A stretch of 64,000 nt of DNA from an uncultured Chloroflexia bacterium (GCA_963825525.1 CAWGTN010000002.1:1664001-1728000); one strand, 5' to 3'. Counted from the first letter of the stretch, positions 19,864-31,268 are shown. The notes: a model not told the origin generated them from the letters alone. A program made the numbers and translations.

Positions 19864-22800
19864 ATGCTCGAGGGCCTGGTGGCCCCGCTGCGCGTCGTGC
19901 TGCAGCGAAGCCTTGCGGACTGGCTGCTGGTCGCCGCGACGTGGGTCGTGATCCTCAGCGCCACCACGCTGCTTGCCGTTGGCGTCCTGTACGGCGACGC
20001 CGTGGCACTCAGCGGACTCCGCCAGCGGCTGGCCGATGAGCCCCAGGCCGCGACCACGGTCGAGGTCGGCATGCGGGTGGATCCGGCGGAGCTCGACGTG
20101 GTCGATGACGTCGTTGACTCCCAGGCCCGACGCATCCTGGCGTGGGCCGAGGGCCAGCTGGTCCGCGGCATCCGATCCGGATCACTCGACCTGGTGAGTG
20201 GCGTCGGTGGGTTGTCGGACACCGACCTGGGTGTCGCCGCCGCACTGGACCGGCTCGAGGATCACGCCACGCTCGTGAGCGGCGCATGGCCCAACCCGGA
20301 GCGCCAGCCGCTCGAGGCGACGGTATCCGTGGCTGCGGCGGAGCGGCTCGGACTTCGGGTAGGCGACGTCGTCTCCGTCCGGAGTCGGTCCGGGTCGAGA
20401 TCCGAGATCGATGTGCTGGTCTCCGGGATCTGGCAGCCGACGGACCCGGCGGATCGGTACTGGGAGGCCGGATCGCTGGAGCTGACCGGCATCGAGGAGG
20501 GGGCATCCTTCACCCTGCATGGCCCGTTGATGGTCACGACCGAGGACCTCATCGGCAGCCTCACCGCGGGCAAGCTCGACGTCACATGGCGTGCCCTGCC
20601 GGACTTCGACCGCCTTGCCCTTCAGAACGTCCGGTGGATGCGGAGTGACGCCGCGGCGCTGGAGGGACGCATCCGTGCCGAGCTCGGCTCGGGGTCGTTC
20701 TTCGCCGTCGGCACCGACCTCCCCCGGGTCCTGCGTGAGGCGGATCGATCACTGCTCGTCAGCCGCTCCGGCGTCCTGGTGCTCACGATCCAGTTCGTGG
20801 TGCTGGCCGGGTATGCCCTGATCCTGGTGGCGGGACTGTTGGCCGAGCATCGGCGGATCGAGACATCGCTGTTGCGCTCACGCGGTGCGGGGATGATGCA
20901 CATCGCGCTCCTGGCGGCGCTTGAGGCGGTCCTGCTGGTCGTCCCGGCGGTGCTGGTTGCCCCGTGGGTCGCGCTGGCTGCGCTCCAGTTGTTCGATGTC
21001 GTCGGTCCGCTGGCCGCCGCCGGCGTCAGCATCCAGCCACGGATCGACGGTGCCACCCTGGCGGTCGCGGCCGTGGCGGGAGTCGCGTCGCTCATCGGCG
21101 TCGTGCTGCCCGCGGTGGCCGGCGGTGGCGGGCTGGCCAGCTGTCCGGCAATCGATGGCGCGCCAGTCGGGCAGCTCGCTCGCGCAGCGCATGGGCATCG
21201 ATGTCGCCCTGCTGGCGCTGGCGGCGATCGGCATATGGCAGCTTCGCCAGTACGGGGCGCCACTGACTGCCACTGTCCGTGGTGATTTAGGCCTGGACCC
21301 GCTGTTGGTCGCCGCACCGGCCATGGCACTGGTGGCCGGCGCGATCCTGGCCCTGCGCATCGTCCCACTCCTGGCCGAGCTGGCGGAGCGAGCATTCGGC
21401 CCTCGCGCCGGCCTGGTGGCTCCCCTGGGCGCGCGGCAGCTGGCGCGCCGGCCGCTGCGCTACACCCGTTCGGCATTGCTGCTCATCCTGGCCTCGGCCA
21501 TGGGCACGTTCGCCGCGGCCTACATCGGCTCCTGGCAGCGCTCGCAGGCCGACCAGGCCGCCTACCGAACGGGAGGTGACCTGCGGCTCGAGGTCTCCGG
21601 CTTCCCCGACCTGCCTGCCTGGGCACTCGGACCCGCCTACGAGGGCGTCGATGGCGTTCGGTCCGCGATGCCCGTGCTGACCGACACGTTCGACGTCGCC
21701 GGCCGCGTGTCAGGTGGCCAGCTCCTGGGCGTCGGTGCGGAGCGCCTGGTCGGGACGGTCGACGTGCGGTCCGATCTGCTGGGCGGCCTGGCGCTGGACG
21801 AGGCTGCCGGACGCCTCGTCCCGACAACCGACGACATCGGCGGGATCCCGCTTCCCGAATCGGTGACGGGCCTGGTTCTCGAGTTCACGACCTCCCTCGA
21901 GAGCCATCCCGGTCCGTCCGGCGATGACCCCGGCGGCCTGGCGTTCACCGGGGAGCTTCGCGCCGACTTCCCGATCGGGCAGGTCAGCGTTGCCGTCCGC
22001 GACGCCACGGGCGCGGTGCGTGTCGTCAACGCCGGCAACCGGCTACGGGCGGCGGCAGGTGGCCAGGTCGTCGACGTTCCCCTGGTGGAACCGGGGTCCG
22101 ATGGCAGGACGCTGCGCATGCCCGGTCCGGTGCAGCTCATCGGGGTGGACGTGTCGCTCCAGCCTCCGGCCGATACGCGCATTGCGGGGGAGGTCACACT
22201 CGTCGCCGTCAATCCATCCGGCGAGGCAACCGCCGGCCCCGGGCTGCTGGATGAGGGCACCGGTCAAGGGTGGTCGTGGCTCGTCCAGCGAAGTGGTGAC
22301 TCGGCGACGGCGCCGGCGACCGAGAGCGAAGACCCGGCCACACTGCGGGTGTCGCTCCGGGAGGCGATCTACGGTGACCAGGGGCCGGCGCGCCTGCGAT
22401 TCACACCGCCGGACTTCACGCGGCTGGCGAGCACGACGGTTCCGGTGATCGTGAGCCGGACCTTCGCCGACGCCACCCATGTCGAGATGGGGACCACCCT
22501 GTCCCTGGGGTCGCTCACCCGTCGGTACGAGGTCGAGGTCGTCGGGATCGTCGACGGGTTCCCAACCCTCGACCCCTCGCGGCCATTCGCCATCGGCGAC
22601 GTCGGGACGCTGGCCCTGGCTTCGTACGCGCGGTCGGGACAGGAGCTCTTCATCGACGAGTGGTGGCTCCGCGTCGATGATCAGGGCGCGGCCTCCGCGG
22701 CCCTGTCCGGCGATCCGTTCTCGGTGGAGCGCCTCACGTCACGCGACGGGTTGGTACGGTCGCTCGGAGACGATCCCGTGGCGCTCGGGATCGTTGGGGC

Positions 22801-23212
22801 GCTTGCCATCGGCTCGGTCTCGGCACTGATCGTGGCGATCATCGGGTTCGCGGTCAGCGCCGTGGTCAGCACGCGTGAGCGGCTCGGCGAATTCGCCCTG
22901 CTGCGCGCTGTCGGGCTGTCCTCGCGTCAGCTCTCGGCATGGCTCACCTTCGAGTTCGCGTTCCTGCTGGCGATCGGGGCCGGGGCGGGATCGGCGCTCG
23001 GGCTGCTGCTCTCCTGGCTCGTCCTTCCGTTCGTGACCCTCACCGCCGATGCGCAGGCCGCATTCCCGCCGATCGTCATCGTGGTGCCGTGGGTGGCGAT
23101 CATCGGCATTCACGCCGTCGCGGCGGCCGCCCTGGTCGGGGCGGTGATGGTCACCACGCGAGTGATCCGGCGAGCTCCGGTGATCGGCGTCCTTCGGGCG
23201 GGCGAGGACTGA
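19864..23212 (+). CDS. Large FtsX-like ABC transporter permease (one +1 frameshift near 21139)
   Basis: ETSLLRSRGA in ORF 19321..21285 continues into ORF 20921..23212 (DPLLVAAPA, EFALLRAVGLS). Confidence 0.85.
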
Positions 23213-23217
23213 CGCCG

Positions 23218-25980
23218 ATGCGCTCCATCCTCTTCCTCCTCAGCCGGTACCGCGCCGAGCGCGGCGCGATGCTGCTGTTCGCTCTCGTGGTCGGGATCAC
23301 CGCGCTCCTGGCCGGGGTGGCGCCCCGCGCGCTGAGTCGCGTCGCCGACGACGGTCTGCGGACGGCCGTGGCCGGGGCGCGGTCGGTCGAGCGCAACCTC
23401 CAGCTCGGCCAGATCGGCCAAATCGGCGGCTCGACCGGCACCGGGACGGTGATCGATGCGGGCGATGACATCGTCGCCGGGTTGCCCGATTCGATTCAAC
23501 GCATCATCGCCAGCCGGTCCTACCAGGTGGAGAGCGCCAACTGGTCCGTGGTGCGCGACCGCGAGCTGTTCCCCGGATGGCTTCGCTTCCGATTGGGGTC
23601 CGGGATCGACGAGCGCATCACATACGTGGAGGGGCGGCCCCCGACGGGCGCCACGACCACCATTCCCGGTGCGCTCGGCACGCTCCCCGGGCAGCCGGAG
23701 GACGCGACCGTGTTCGAGGTCTCGCTGCCGGTCGCCACCGCCGAAGAGCTCAGTGTGGGTGTCGGCGACCGCATGGAGCTCATCCCCGACACGGACGACG
23801 TCCTGGTCGGACAGTTCAGCAGTCCCGTGCGCGCGGCCGCGGACGTGGTCGGGGTGTACGAAGTCGTTGATCCGGCGGACCCCTTCTGGCTCAACGATCC
23901 GGCCCTCGAGCAGCCGACCGTCATCGTGATCTCGCCCGATCTCCAGCTCATCTACGGCACCGCGCTGCTCGACGAAGCGGCCTATCAGGCGCTGATGTCC
24001 AAGTTCCTGCCGGTCCGCTACTCGTGGCGCCAGTACATCGACCCCGCGCGCCTGGACGCCGGCGTGCTGGCCGAGATCACCTCGGACCTCCAGCTGATGC
24101 TGACCCAGTTCCCGCCCTTCGTCACGACGCTGCGCGAGGCGGAGACCACGACCCTTCGCACCGGTCTGCTCACCGTGCTCGAGCGGTTCGCCGGCGAGCG
24201 TCGCACGGTCGAGGCGGTGCTCACGACCGCCGCGCTCGGCCCCGCGGCCGTGGCCGGCGCCGCGGTCATCCTCCTGTCGCTGATCATGGTCCAACGTCGC
24301 GACCGGTCAGCCGCGCTGGCGCGAGGTAGGGGGGCCTCCGCCGTCCAGTGGGTCGGCTCGCATGTCGTCGAGGGCTCCATCCTGGCCGTCCCCGCTGCCG
24401 CGCTGGCGGCCGTCCTCGCCCGCCTGTTCGTCGACGCGCGTTCGACGGCCGCGGACGTTATGGGTCCCGCGCTGGTTGCGGTCGGCGCGATGGTCATCCT
24501 GGTCGCGGTGGCGAGCCTCCAGGCGCGACGCCGTCCCGGGGACACCGGCGTCTCGAGGCCGCTTCGGCGTCCCGGCCCGCGACGCATCGTGGCCGAACTG
24601 TTCGTCATCGGGCTCGCGGTTGGCGGGGCCTTTCTCCTGCGGGAGCGCGGGCTGGCAGGAGGAGGATCCGAGGCGCAGCTGACCGGCGCCGACCCGCTGC
24701 TGGCGGCGGTCCCGGCGCTCATCGGGATGGCGGCCGGCCTGCTGGCTGCACGCCTGTACCCGGTTCCGCTCCGAATGGCCGACTGGCTCTCGGATGGGTG
24801 GCGCGGAAGCGTGCCGGCACTTGGCCTGCGTCGGGCGGCCCGCTCCGGCGAGGCCGGAAGCATGCCGCTCCTCGTGCTGCTCATCACCGTCGCCATCGGG
24901 TCATTCAGCTCCACGATCTCGGTCTCGATCGCCCGCGGCCAGGAGGCGGCGGCCTGGCAGCAGGTCGGGGCCGACGTCGCCGTCCTGCCGGGATCGCGTC
25001 CGTTCCCCTCTGCCTTCGACGCGACCGAGCTTCCCGGGGTCGAGCTCGCCGCCGGGACGCACGCGGCGACCGCCGCGCTGGGGGGCCGGGGAGGGCAGCG
25101 CGTCGACCTGCATGCCATCGACCTGCCCGCCTACTCGGAGGTGACGGCCGGCACCGGCGCCGACCCGCGACTGCCACGCGCCGTGCTCACCGAACCCTCC
25201 GAGGAGGAGCCGATCCCGGCGATCCTGTCGCGCGGGGCGGCGACCGAAGGGCCGAGGGCCATCCGGGCAGGGGACGAGGTGGAGCTGCTCGTCGCATCCC
25301 GCCTGGTCCCCATCCGTGTCGTCGAGATTCGCAGCTCCTTCCCGGGCATCGATCCGCGCGAGACGTGGCTGGTCGTACCGCTCGGACGTCTCGAGTCGGC
25401 CGTCGGACGCGACCTCGCCGCGACGTCGTACCTGCTGCGGGCACCCGGGATCGAAACCGCGGCATTGCAGGGCGCGATGGACGAGGTCCTGCCGGCGACG
25501 TCGATCGTCGGCCGTGCCGATGTGCTGGACCGGCTGCGCGCCGGTCCTCTGGCGCAGGCCGTCGGCGCGGGTTTCGTGGTCGCGGTTGTCGTGGCCCTTG
25601 CGTACGCCATGTTCGCCACCACGGCCGCGCTTGTCCTCATAGCAAGGGTCCGGATGAGCGAGACGGCGCATCTGCGTACCCTGGGGCTCTCGTCGAGGGA
25701 CGTGCTCGCGCTGTCGGTGGTGGAGCACGGCCCGGCCATCGTGGCGGCGACCGTGCTCGGCGTGGCCCTCGGCATCGGCATCGCCTGGTTCATCGCGCCC
25801 GGCCTCGGCCTGGCCGCGCTCATCGGTTCGCCTGTCAAGGTGGCGCTGGTCGTGGAGTGGCCCGTCGTCGGAGCGCTGCTGGCGAGCCTGCTGGCCGTCA
25901 TGGTGGTTGCGGTGGCAGTCTCATCGAGGCTCGGACGGGGTGCCAGCCTGGCCGGATCGGCGCGCCAGGGCATCGAGTGA
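23218..25980 (+). CDS. Large FtsX-like ABC transporter permease
   Basis: ALARGRGAS, DPLLAAVPAL, AWQQVGAD, ETAHLRTLGLS; paralogue of the upstream permease. Confidence 0.85.
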   Translation: MRSILFLLSRYRAERGAMLLFALVVGITALLAGVAPRALSRVADDGLRTAVAGARSVERNLQLGQIGQIGGSTGTGTVIDAGDDIVAGLPDSIQRIIASRSYQVESANWSVVRDRELFPGWLRFRLGSGIDERITYVEGRPPTGATTTIPGALGTLPGQPEDATVFEVSLPVATAEELSVGVGDRMELIPDTDDVLVGQFSSPVRAAADVVGVYEVVDPADPFWLNDPALEQPTVIVISPDLQLIYGTALLDEAAYQALMSKFLPVRYSWRQYIDPARLDAGVLAEITSDLQLMLTQFPPFVTTLREAETTTLRTGLLTVLERFAGERRTVEAVLTTAALGPAAVAGAAVILLSLIMVQRRDRSAALARGRGASAVQWVGSHVVEGSILAVPAAALAAVLARLFVDARSTAADVMGPALVAVGAMVILVAVASLQARRRPGDTGVSRPLRRPGPRRIVAELFVIGLAVGGAFLLRERGLAGGGSEAQLTGADPLLAAVPALIGMAAGLLAARLYPVPLRMADWLSDGWRGSVPALGLRRAARSGEAGSMPLLVLLITVAIGSFSSTISVSIARGQEAAAWQQVGADVAVLPGSRPFPSAFDATELPGVELAAGTHAATAALGGRGGQRVDLHAIDLPAYSEVTAGTGADPRLPRAVLTEPSEEEPIPAILSRGAATEGPRAIRAGDEVELLVASRLVPIRVVEIRSSFPGIDPRETWLVVPLGRLESAVGRDLAATSYLLRAPGIETAALQGAMDEVLPATSIVGRADVLDRLRAGPLAQAVGAGFVVAVVVALAYAMFATTAALVLIARVRMSETAHLRTLGLSSRDVLALSVVEHGPAIVAATVLGVALGIGIAWFIAPGLGLAALIGSPVKVALVVEWPVVGALLASLLAVMVVAVAVSSRLGRGASLAGSARQGIE

Positions 25981-25998
25981 ATCTGCAAGGATGAGGGT

Positions 25999-26994
25999 GT
26001 GACCAGACCGATCCCCCGCGACGACACGGAGATCGTCGACCTGCCCGGCGGCGCTCCGGCCGCGGCCGGGCCGGCCTTCACGTCCGCAAGCGAGCGGCGC
26101 CGGTATGGCCACGGGGCGCAGATCGCGTGCGACAACCTCGTGAAGATCTACAAGGTCGCGGACCTCGAGGTCGTTGCACTCCAGGGCCTGGACCTGCTCG
26201 TCGAGCGCGGGGAGATGGTCGCCATCGTGGGAGCCTCCGGATCGGGAAAGTCCACCCTGCTCAGCATCCTCGGCGGTCTCGACGTCCCGTCGGCCGGGCG
26301 CGCCGTGGTTGGCGGGCACGATCTGGGAGCCATAGGACGGCGGGAGCGGACCCGATATCGGCGACGCGTCATCGGATTCGTCTGGCAGCAGACCGCGCGC
26401 AACCTGCTGCCGTATCTCTCGGCTGCCGAGAACGTCGAGATGCCGATGATCCTCGATGGTCGTGACGCTCGCGCCCGTCGCGAGCGCTCGGCGCAGCTCC
26501 TCGACCTGGTCGGGCTCCACGATCGGGCGGACCATCGGCCGGAGCGTCTGAGCGGTGGCGAGCAGCAGCGCGTCGCGATCGCGGTCGCGCTAGCCAACGA
26601 GCCGGAGGTGCTCCTCGCCGATGAGCCGACCGGCGAGCTCGACAGCGACACGAGTGGCGAGGTCTTCGAGCTCATGCGGCGCGCCAATCGGGATCTGGGC
26701 ACGACGGTCGTCATCGTCACGCACGACCCGCTGGTCAGCGAGCAGGTGCAACGGACCGTGGCCATCCGTGACGGGCGCACCTCCACCGAGACGCTGCGAC
26801 GCACCTCCGTCTCGGAGGAGGGCGACCACCAGGTGATTGCCGAGGAGTTCGCTGTCCTGGACCGGGCCGGTCGGCTGCAACTACCTCGCTCGCACGTCGA
26901 GGCGCTCGAACTCGAACGACGAGTCCGCCTTCGCCTCGAGCCGGATCACATCGGCGTGTGGCCGGACGACCATCCGGATCGGGCGGACCGATGA
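25999..26994 (+). CDS. ABC transporter ATP-binding protein (MacB/LolD type, C-terminal extension)
   Basis: GASGSGKST, LSGGEQQRVA, LADEPTG, C-terminal EEFAVLDRAGRLQLP. Confidence 0.93.
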   Translation: MTRPIPRDDTEIVDLPGGAPAAAGPAFTSASERRRYGHGAQIACDNLVKIYKVADLEVVALQGLDLLVERGEMVAIVGASGSGKSTLLSILGGLDVPSAGRAVVGGHDLGAIGRRERTRYRRRVIGFVWQQTARNLLPYLSAAENVEMPMILDGRDARARRERSAQLLDLVGLHDRADHRPERLSGGEQQRVAIAVALANEPEVLLADEPTGELDSDTSGEVFELMRRANRDLGTTVVIVTHDPLVSEQVQRTVAIRDGRTSTETLRRTSVSEEGDHQVIAEEFAVLDRAGRLQLPRSHVEALELERRVRLRLEPDHIGVWPDDHPDRADR

Positions 26995-27707
26995 GCCAGG
27001 CGTTCGCTCCCGCCGCTGCCGAGCCGATGCTCGTGGCGGATGGTCTCGTCCGCGACTATCCATCCGGCGACGACGTCGTGCACGCGCTGCGCGGCGTCGA
27101 CCTTCGCATCGCTCCGAGACAGCTCGTCGCCGTCCGTGGCCGATCCGGGTCGGGCAAAACGACACTGCTCAACCTGCTCGGCGGGCTCGATCGGCCCTCG
27201 GCCGGACGGGTCGTGGTCGACGGGCTCGAGGTGAGCTCGATGAGCGAGGCACAGCTCGTCGACTTTCGCCGCCGGGACGTCGCCTTCATCTTTCAGGCCT
27301 TCGGGCTGCTTCCCATCCTGTCTGCGGCCGAGAACGTCGAGGTCCCCCTGCGCCTGCTGCGAACCGAGCCACGGGCACGCGACGCCCGCGTCGCCGAGCT
27401 GCTCGAGCTGGTGGGACTCGGGCCGCGGGCACGGCATCGGCCTCACGAGCTGTCGGGCGGGGAGCAGCAGCGCGTCGCCATTGCCCGGGCACTCGCCAAC
27501 CGTCCGAAGCTCCTGCTGGCAGATGAGCCGACCGGGCAGCTCGACTCCCATACCGGCCAGGCCATCATGGGGCTGCTGAGAACGGTCGTCCGCACGGAGG
27601 GGGTGACCGCCGTCGTGGCCACCCACGACCCCGCGCTGCTCGATATGGCCGACCGCGTCGTCGAGATCCACGACGGCCGACTGTCCGAGGCCGCCACGAC
27701 CGGCTGA
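26991..27707 (+). CDS. ABC transporter ATP-binding protein (LolD type)
   Basis: GRSGSGKTT, LSGGEQQRVA, LADEPTG, ATHD. Confidence 0.93.
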   Translation: MSQAFAPAAAEPMLVADGLVRDYPSGDDVVHALRGVDLRIAPRQLVAVRGRSGSGKTTLLNLLGGLDRPSAGRVVVDGLEVSSMSEAQLVDFRRRDVAFIFQAFGLLPILSAAENVEVPLRLLRTEPRARDARVAELLELVGLGPRARHRPHELSGGEQQRVAIARALANRPKLLLADEPTGQLDSHTGQAIMGLLRTVVRTEGVTAVVATHDPALLDMADRVVEIHDGRLSEAATTG

Positions 27708-27717
27708 CGGCTCGCGG

Positions 27718-28587
27718 CTAGGCCCGGGCGAGAAGGGCGCGCATGCGTTGCACCGCGTCTTCGAGCCCGTCCGGCAGCACCTCGGCAAGCCCGTCCGGCA
27801 GGTCCGGTGCGTGCCGGCCGCCGGCGGCCACCACCAGCCGGGGCTGCGCGGCGCGCAGCGTCTCCATCGTCAGGCGTGCCGTTGCCAGGTCGTCGGCGGT
27901 CGGCACGCCCACCACCGCGACCCGCCCGCCGGATTCCGTCATGGCATTGAGCCAGGACTCGATCGGCACGTCGGAACCCAGGTACGTCGTCTCCACCCCG
28001 GCGCGACGCAGCGCAGTGGCGAAGGCCAGCGCCGGCAGCTCATGGCGCGCCCCGGCCGGAAGTCCGACCACGGCCTCCGCGCGCGTGGAGCTGCGCCCCG
28101 CGGCCTCGAACGCCATCCCGAGGCGGCGATGGACCGCAGAGCTCGCCACGTGCTCGCCCGCAACGTCGACCTCGCCGCGCTCCCAGGCCGCGCCCAGGGC
28201 GACCAGAGCGGGATACAGCCGGGCCTCGACGACCCGTTCGAAGGAGCCGCCGGCGAAGATGTCGTCCAGCGCCCTCTCGATCCCGGCCGCGTCGACGCGC
28301 GACGCCGCATCGACCAGGTTGACGCGCCCGGGCGGCTGGCTGCCGGGCACGTCCGTCGCGATCGGATGATCGGGCTCGGACAGGACGCGGTCCGCAGCCT
28401 GGCGAGGTGACCATCCGGCAAGGACGAGCGAACGCATCGCACGAAGGCGTCCGATGGCCGTCTCGTCGTAGAGCCGATAGCCCGCGTCGGTCCGGGTGGG
28501 CTTCACGATCCCGTACCGACGCTCCCAGGCTCGGAGAAGGGGAATCGCAACGCCCGTGCGGTGCGAAGCCTCTTTGATGGTGTACAT
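27718..28587 (-). CDS. MerR-family regulator with B12-binding domain (CarH/LitR-like)
   Basis: MYTIKE...LRAWERRYGIVKPTRTDAGYRLY; W-x9-EH motif (WERGEVDVAGEH); RHEL...YLG..AAGG Rossmann domain. Confidence 0.88.
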   Translation of the reverse strand: MYTIKEASHRTGVAIPLLRAWERRYGIVKPTRTDAGYRLYDETAIGRLRAMRSLVLAGWSPRQAADRVLSEPDHPIATDVPGSQPPGRVNLVDAASRVDAAGIERALDDIFAGGSFERVVEARLYPALVALGAAWERGEVDVAGEHVASSAVHRRLGMAFEAAGRSSTRAEAVVGLPAGARHELPALAFATALRRAGVETTYLGSDVPIESWLNAMTESGGRVAVVGVPTADDLATARLTMETLRAAQPRLVVAAGGRHAPDLPDGLAEVLPDGLEDAVQRMRALLARA

Positions 28588-28606
28588 GCTGTGTCGAACA
28601 TTACCA

Positions 28607-28687
28607 TGAACAAAGACTTGACACATGACCTGATGGTCGCGTAGCGTAGCAGCCATGGATGAACAAACAGTGGACAGTGCACCGACA
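28607..28687 (+). promoter_or_regulatory. CarH-type 11-bp direct repeats and sigma70 promoter of the ECF sigma gene
   Basis: TGAACA 28607 / TTGACA 28618, and TGAACA 28660 / TGGACA 28671 / CCGACA 28682; TTGACA-18-TAGCGT-7-ATG. Confidence 0.6.
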
Positions 28688-29311
28688 GATTCCACGTTGA
28701 TGGAACGCATCGCAGTCGGAGACCAGGAGTCGCTCGCCGCCCTCTACGATCGGCACCAGCAGGTGGCATTTCGCGTGGCCATGCGGATCGTCCACGACGC
28801 CGGACGCGCCGAGGACGTTCTCCAGGAGGCATTCCTGTCCGTCTGGCGAAAGGCCGCCACCTATTCGGCCTCACGCGGCAGCGTGCGGGGCTGGCTGTTG
28901 GGCATCGTGCGCAACCGAGCGATCGACCTCATCCGATCCCAGCGCCTGCCAACCAGCACCGATGACAGCCTGCTGAACGCGATCCGCGACCCGGGCCCCT
29001 CCACCGCCGACATGGTCGACGCCCGCCTCGAGGCCGTCGTCGTCAGAAATGCGCTGAGCCTTCTGCCCGAGGGGCAGCGGCACGCCATCACCGCCTCCTA
29101 CTTCGATGGTCGGACCCACGCCGAGATCGCCGAGGAGAGCGGTATTCCGCTGGGCACCGTCCATGGTCGCGTTCGACTCGGAATGCGTCGCCTCCAGGCC
29201 CACCTGGCGGCCTCGGAGCTCCGGAGCCCGACAGCCGCCTCGGGCGGATCTGCCGGATTCGGTGCTATCATCGGCCCAACGCCACCGAGCCCGCAGAACG
29301 GAACGGTCTGA
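28655..29311 (+). CDS. ECF RNA polymerase sigma factor (SigK/LitS-like)
   Basis: GDQESLAALYDRH, AEDVLQEAFLSVW, RNRAID, LPEGQR, EIAEESGIPLGTV. Confidence 0.92.
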   Translation: MDEQTVDSAPTDSTLMERIAVGDQESLAALYDRHQQVAFRVAMRIVHDAGRAEDVLQEAFLSVWRKAATYSASRGSVRGWLLGIVRNRAIDLIRSQRLPTSTDDSLLNAIRDPGPSTADMVDARLEAVVVRNALSLLPEGQRHAITASYFDGRTHAEIAEESGIPLGTVHGRVRLGMRRLQAHLAASELRSPTAASGGSAGFGAIIGPTPPSPQNGTV

Positions 29312-29394
29312 GGCACGGATTCGGCGATACCGGCACTCGAGATCCTGTTGCGCAGACGCGTGCCCAGTGTTGGAACACGCATGCTGGGAAGCTC

Positions 29395-30621
29395 ATGAAG
29401 ATCCTGCTGGTTGGCACCGGAACGGTTGGTGAGGCAATCGCGCGCCTGTCCGCCGAACGCGACTGGTGCGAGGTAATGGTCCTCGCCGACTACGACGAAT
29501 CGAGGGCTCGGACCCTTGCCGATTCACTCGGCGGGGCGCCGCGCTTCGTTGCCGCGCAGATCGACGCGCGCGAGGCATCAACCGTGACGGAGCTCGCCCG
29601 CGCCAATGACGTCGATCTCGTCATGAACGCCGTCGACCCGCAGTTCGTCATGCCCATCTTCCGCGGTGCCCTGGAGGCGGGCGTCAACTACATGGACATG
29701 GCCGTGTCGCTCTCGAAGCCACATCCGGATCGGCCGTTCAGCGAACCCGGCGTGAAGCTCGGGGACGAACAGTTCGCGATGGCGGGGGAGTGGGAGTCCC
29801 GCGGTAAGCTGGCCGTCGTCGGCATGGGCATGGACCCCGGCCTCACCGACGTCTTCGCCGCTCACGCCGCGAAGCATGACTTCGACGAGCTGCACGAGGT
29901 CCACGTCCGCGACGGCGGCGATCTCGAGATCCCCGGCTTCGCCTTTGCCCCTGTGTTCAGCATCTGGACCACGATCGAGGAGTGCCTCAATCCACCGATC
30001 ATCTGGAGCGACGGTGACTGGCATACCACCGAGCCCTTCAGCGCCCCGGAGTCCTTCCCGTTCCCCGAGGGCATCGGCCCGGTCGAGTGCGTGAACGTCG
30101 AGCACGAGGAGGTCCTCCTCATCCCGCGCTGGCTCGAGACCCGGAAGGCCACCTTCAAGTACGCCCTCGGGTCCGATTTCATCGACAAGCTCAAGACCAT
30201 CCACGCGCTCGGCATGGACCGGACGGATCGCGTGACCGTCAAGGGCGTCGAGGTGGCACCGCGCGACGTGCTCGCCGCAATCACCCCGGACCCCATCTCG
30301 CTCGGCGACAAGTTCCGCGGGCGTGCGGTGGTCGGCACCTGGGTGCTGGGCATGAAGGACGGCAAGCCGCGCGAGACGTTCGCGTACCAGATGGCCGACG
30401 CCGAGGAGATCTGGGCCAAGCACCGCCTCCAGGTCGTCGGCTGGCAGACCGGGTTCAACCCGGTCATCGCCATGGAGCTGCTGGCCGAGGGCGCCTGGAC
30501 CGGTGCCGGCGTGCTCGGGCCCGAGGCGTTCGACCCCGATCCGTACCTCTCACTGCTCGACCGGTACGGCATCCACCACGCGGTGGTCGAGATGGATCCG
30601 GGAGCCCATCGGCCAACCTGA
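29395..30621 (+). CDS. Saccharopine dehydrogenase family protein
   Basis: GTGTVG Rossmann, NAVDP, YMDMA, GMGMDPGLTD, FSIWTTIEECLNP, VEHEE, GVLGPEAFDP. Confidence 0.88.
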   Translation: MKILLVGTGTVGEAIARLSAERDWCEVMVLADYDESRARTLADSLGGAPRFVAAQIDAREASTVTELARANDVDLVMNAVDPQFVMPIFRGALEAGVNYMDMAVSLSKPHPDRPFSEPGVKLGDEQFAMAGEWESRGKLAVVGMGMDPGLTDVFAAHAAKHDFDELHEVHVRDGGDLEIPGFAFAPVFSIWTTIEECLNPPIIWSDGDWHTTEPFSAPESFPFPEGIGPVECVNVEHEEVLLIPRWLETRKATFKYALGSDFIDKLKTIHALGMDRTDRVTVKGVEVAPRDVLAAITPDPISLGDKFRGRAVVGTWVLGMKDGKPRETFAYQMADAEEIWAKHRLQVVGWQTGFNPVIAMELLAEGAWTGAGVLGPEAFDPDPYLSLLDRYGIHHAVVEMDPGAHRPT

Positions 30622-30707
30622 CCCGGGACGTCTCCCGCCCAGGCTGCACGGGGTTCGGCCAATTTCGGTGCGGCCGTCACAATGGGTGCCAACTCACAAG
30701 AAGGCAC

Positions 30708-31037
30708 ATGGCTGATATGAACGTCGACGAGCTCCTCAACGCCGCGAAAGACTCCATGACCGCCCGGATCGTGTTTGCCGAGCCGATCGAGCGGGATGGC
30801 GTCCTCGTCATTCCGGCCGCCAAGGTTCGCGGGGGCGGCGGGGGCGGCGGTGACAGCCAGGCGAACGGCGGGGCTGGGTTTGGGCTCGCGGCCAAGCCGG
30901 CTGGTGCCTATGTCATCCGCGAAGGCAAGGTCAGCTGGGAGCCTGCCGTGGACGTCAACCGGATCGTCCTCGGGGGCCAGCTCGTGGCGGTCGTGGCGCT
31001 GCTCGTCCTGCGGTCATTCATCCGTCGCCGTGCCTGA
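30708..31037 (+). CDS. YtfJ/GerW family protein
   Basis: VFAEPIERDGVLVIPAAKVRGGGGGGG...PAGAYVI...WEPAVD. Confidence 0.82.
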   Translation: MADMNVDELLNAAKDSMTARIVFAEPIERDGVLVIPAAKVRGGGGGGGDSQANGGAGFGLAAKPAGAYVIREGKVSWEPAVDVNRIVLGGQLVAVVALLVLRSFIRRRA

Positions 31038-31079
31038 GCAAGTTTGACCGAACACCGGGCCACCACTACCATGCGAGGT

Positions 31080-31154
<75 letters not shown>

Positions 31155-31170
31155 AAGACCGCGCGCGATC

Positions 31171-31192
31171 GAGCCCCGCTTCGGCGGGGCTC
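31171..31192 (+). terminator. Hairpin after tRNA-fMet
   Basis: GAGCCCCGC-ttcg-GCGGGGCTC. Confidence 0.7.
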
Positions 31193-31268
31193 TCGCGTTG
31201 TCCGCGGTTCGGTACAATGCGGCGGCCTATTCCGCCCGAGCGAGCCCGCAGGAGGGTGAACGCGCCCG

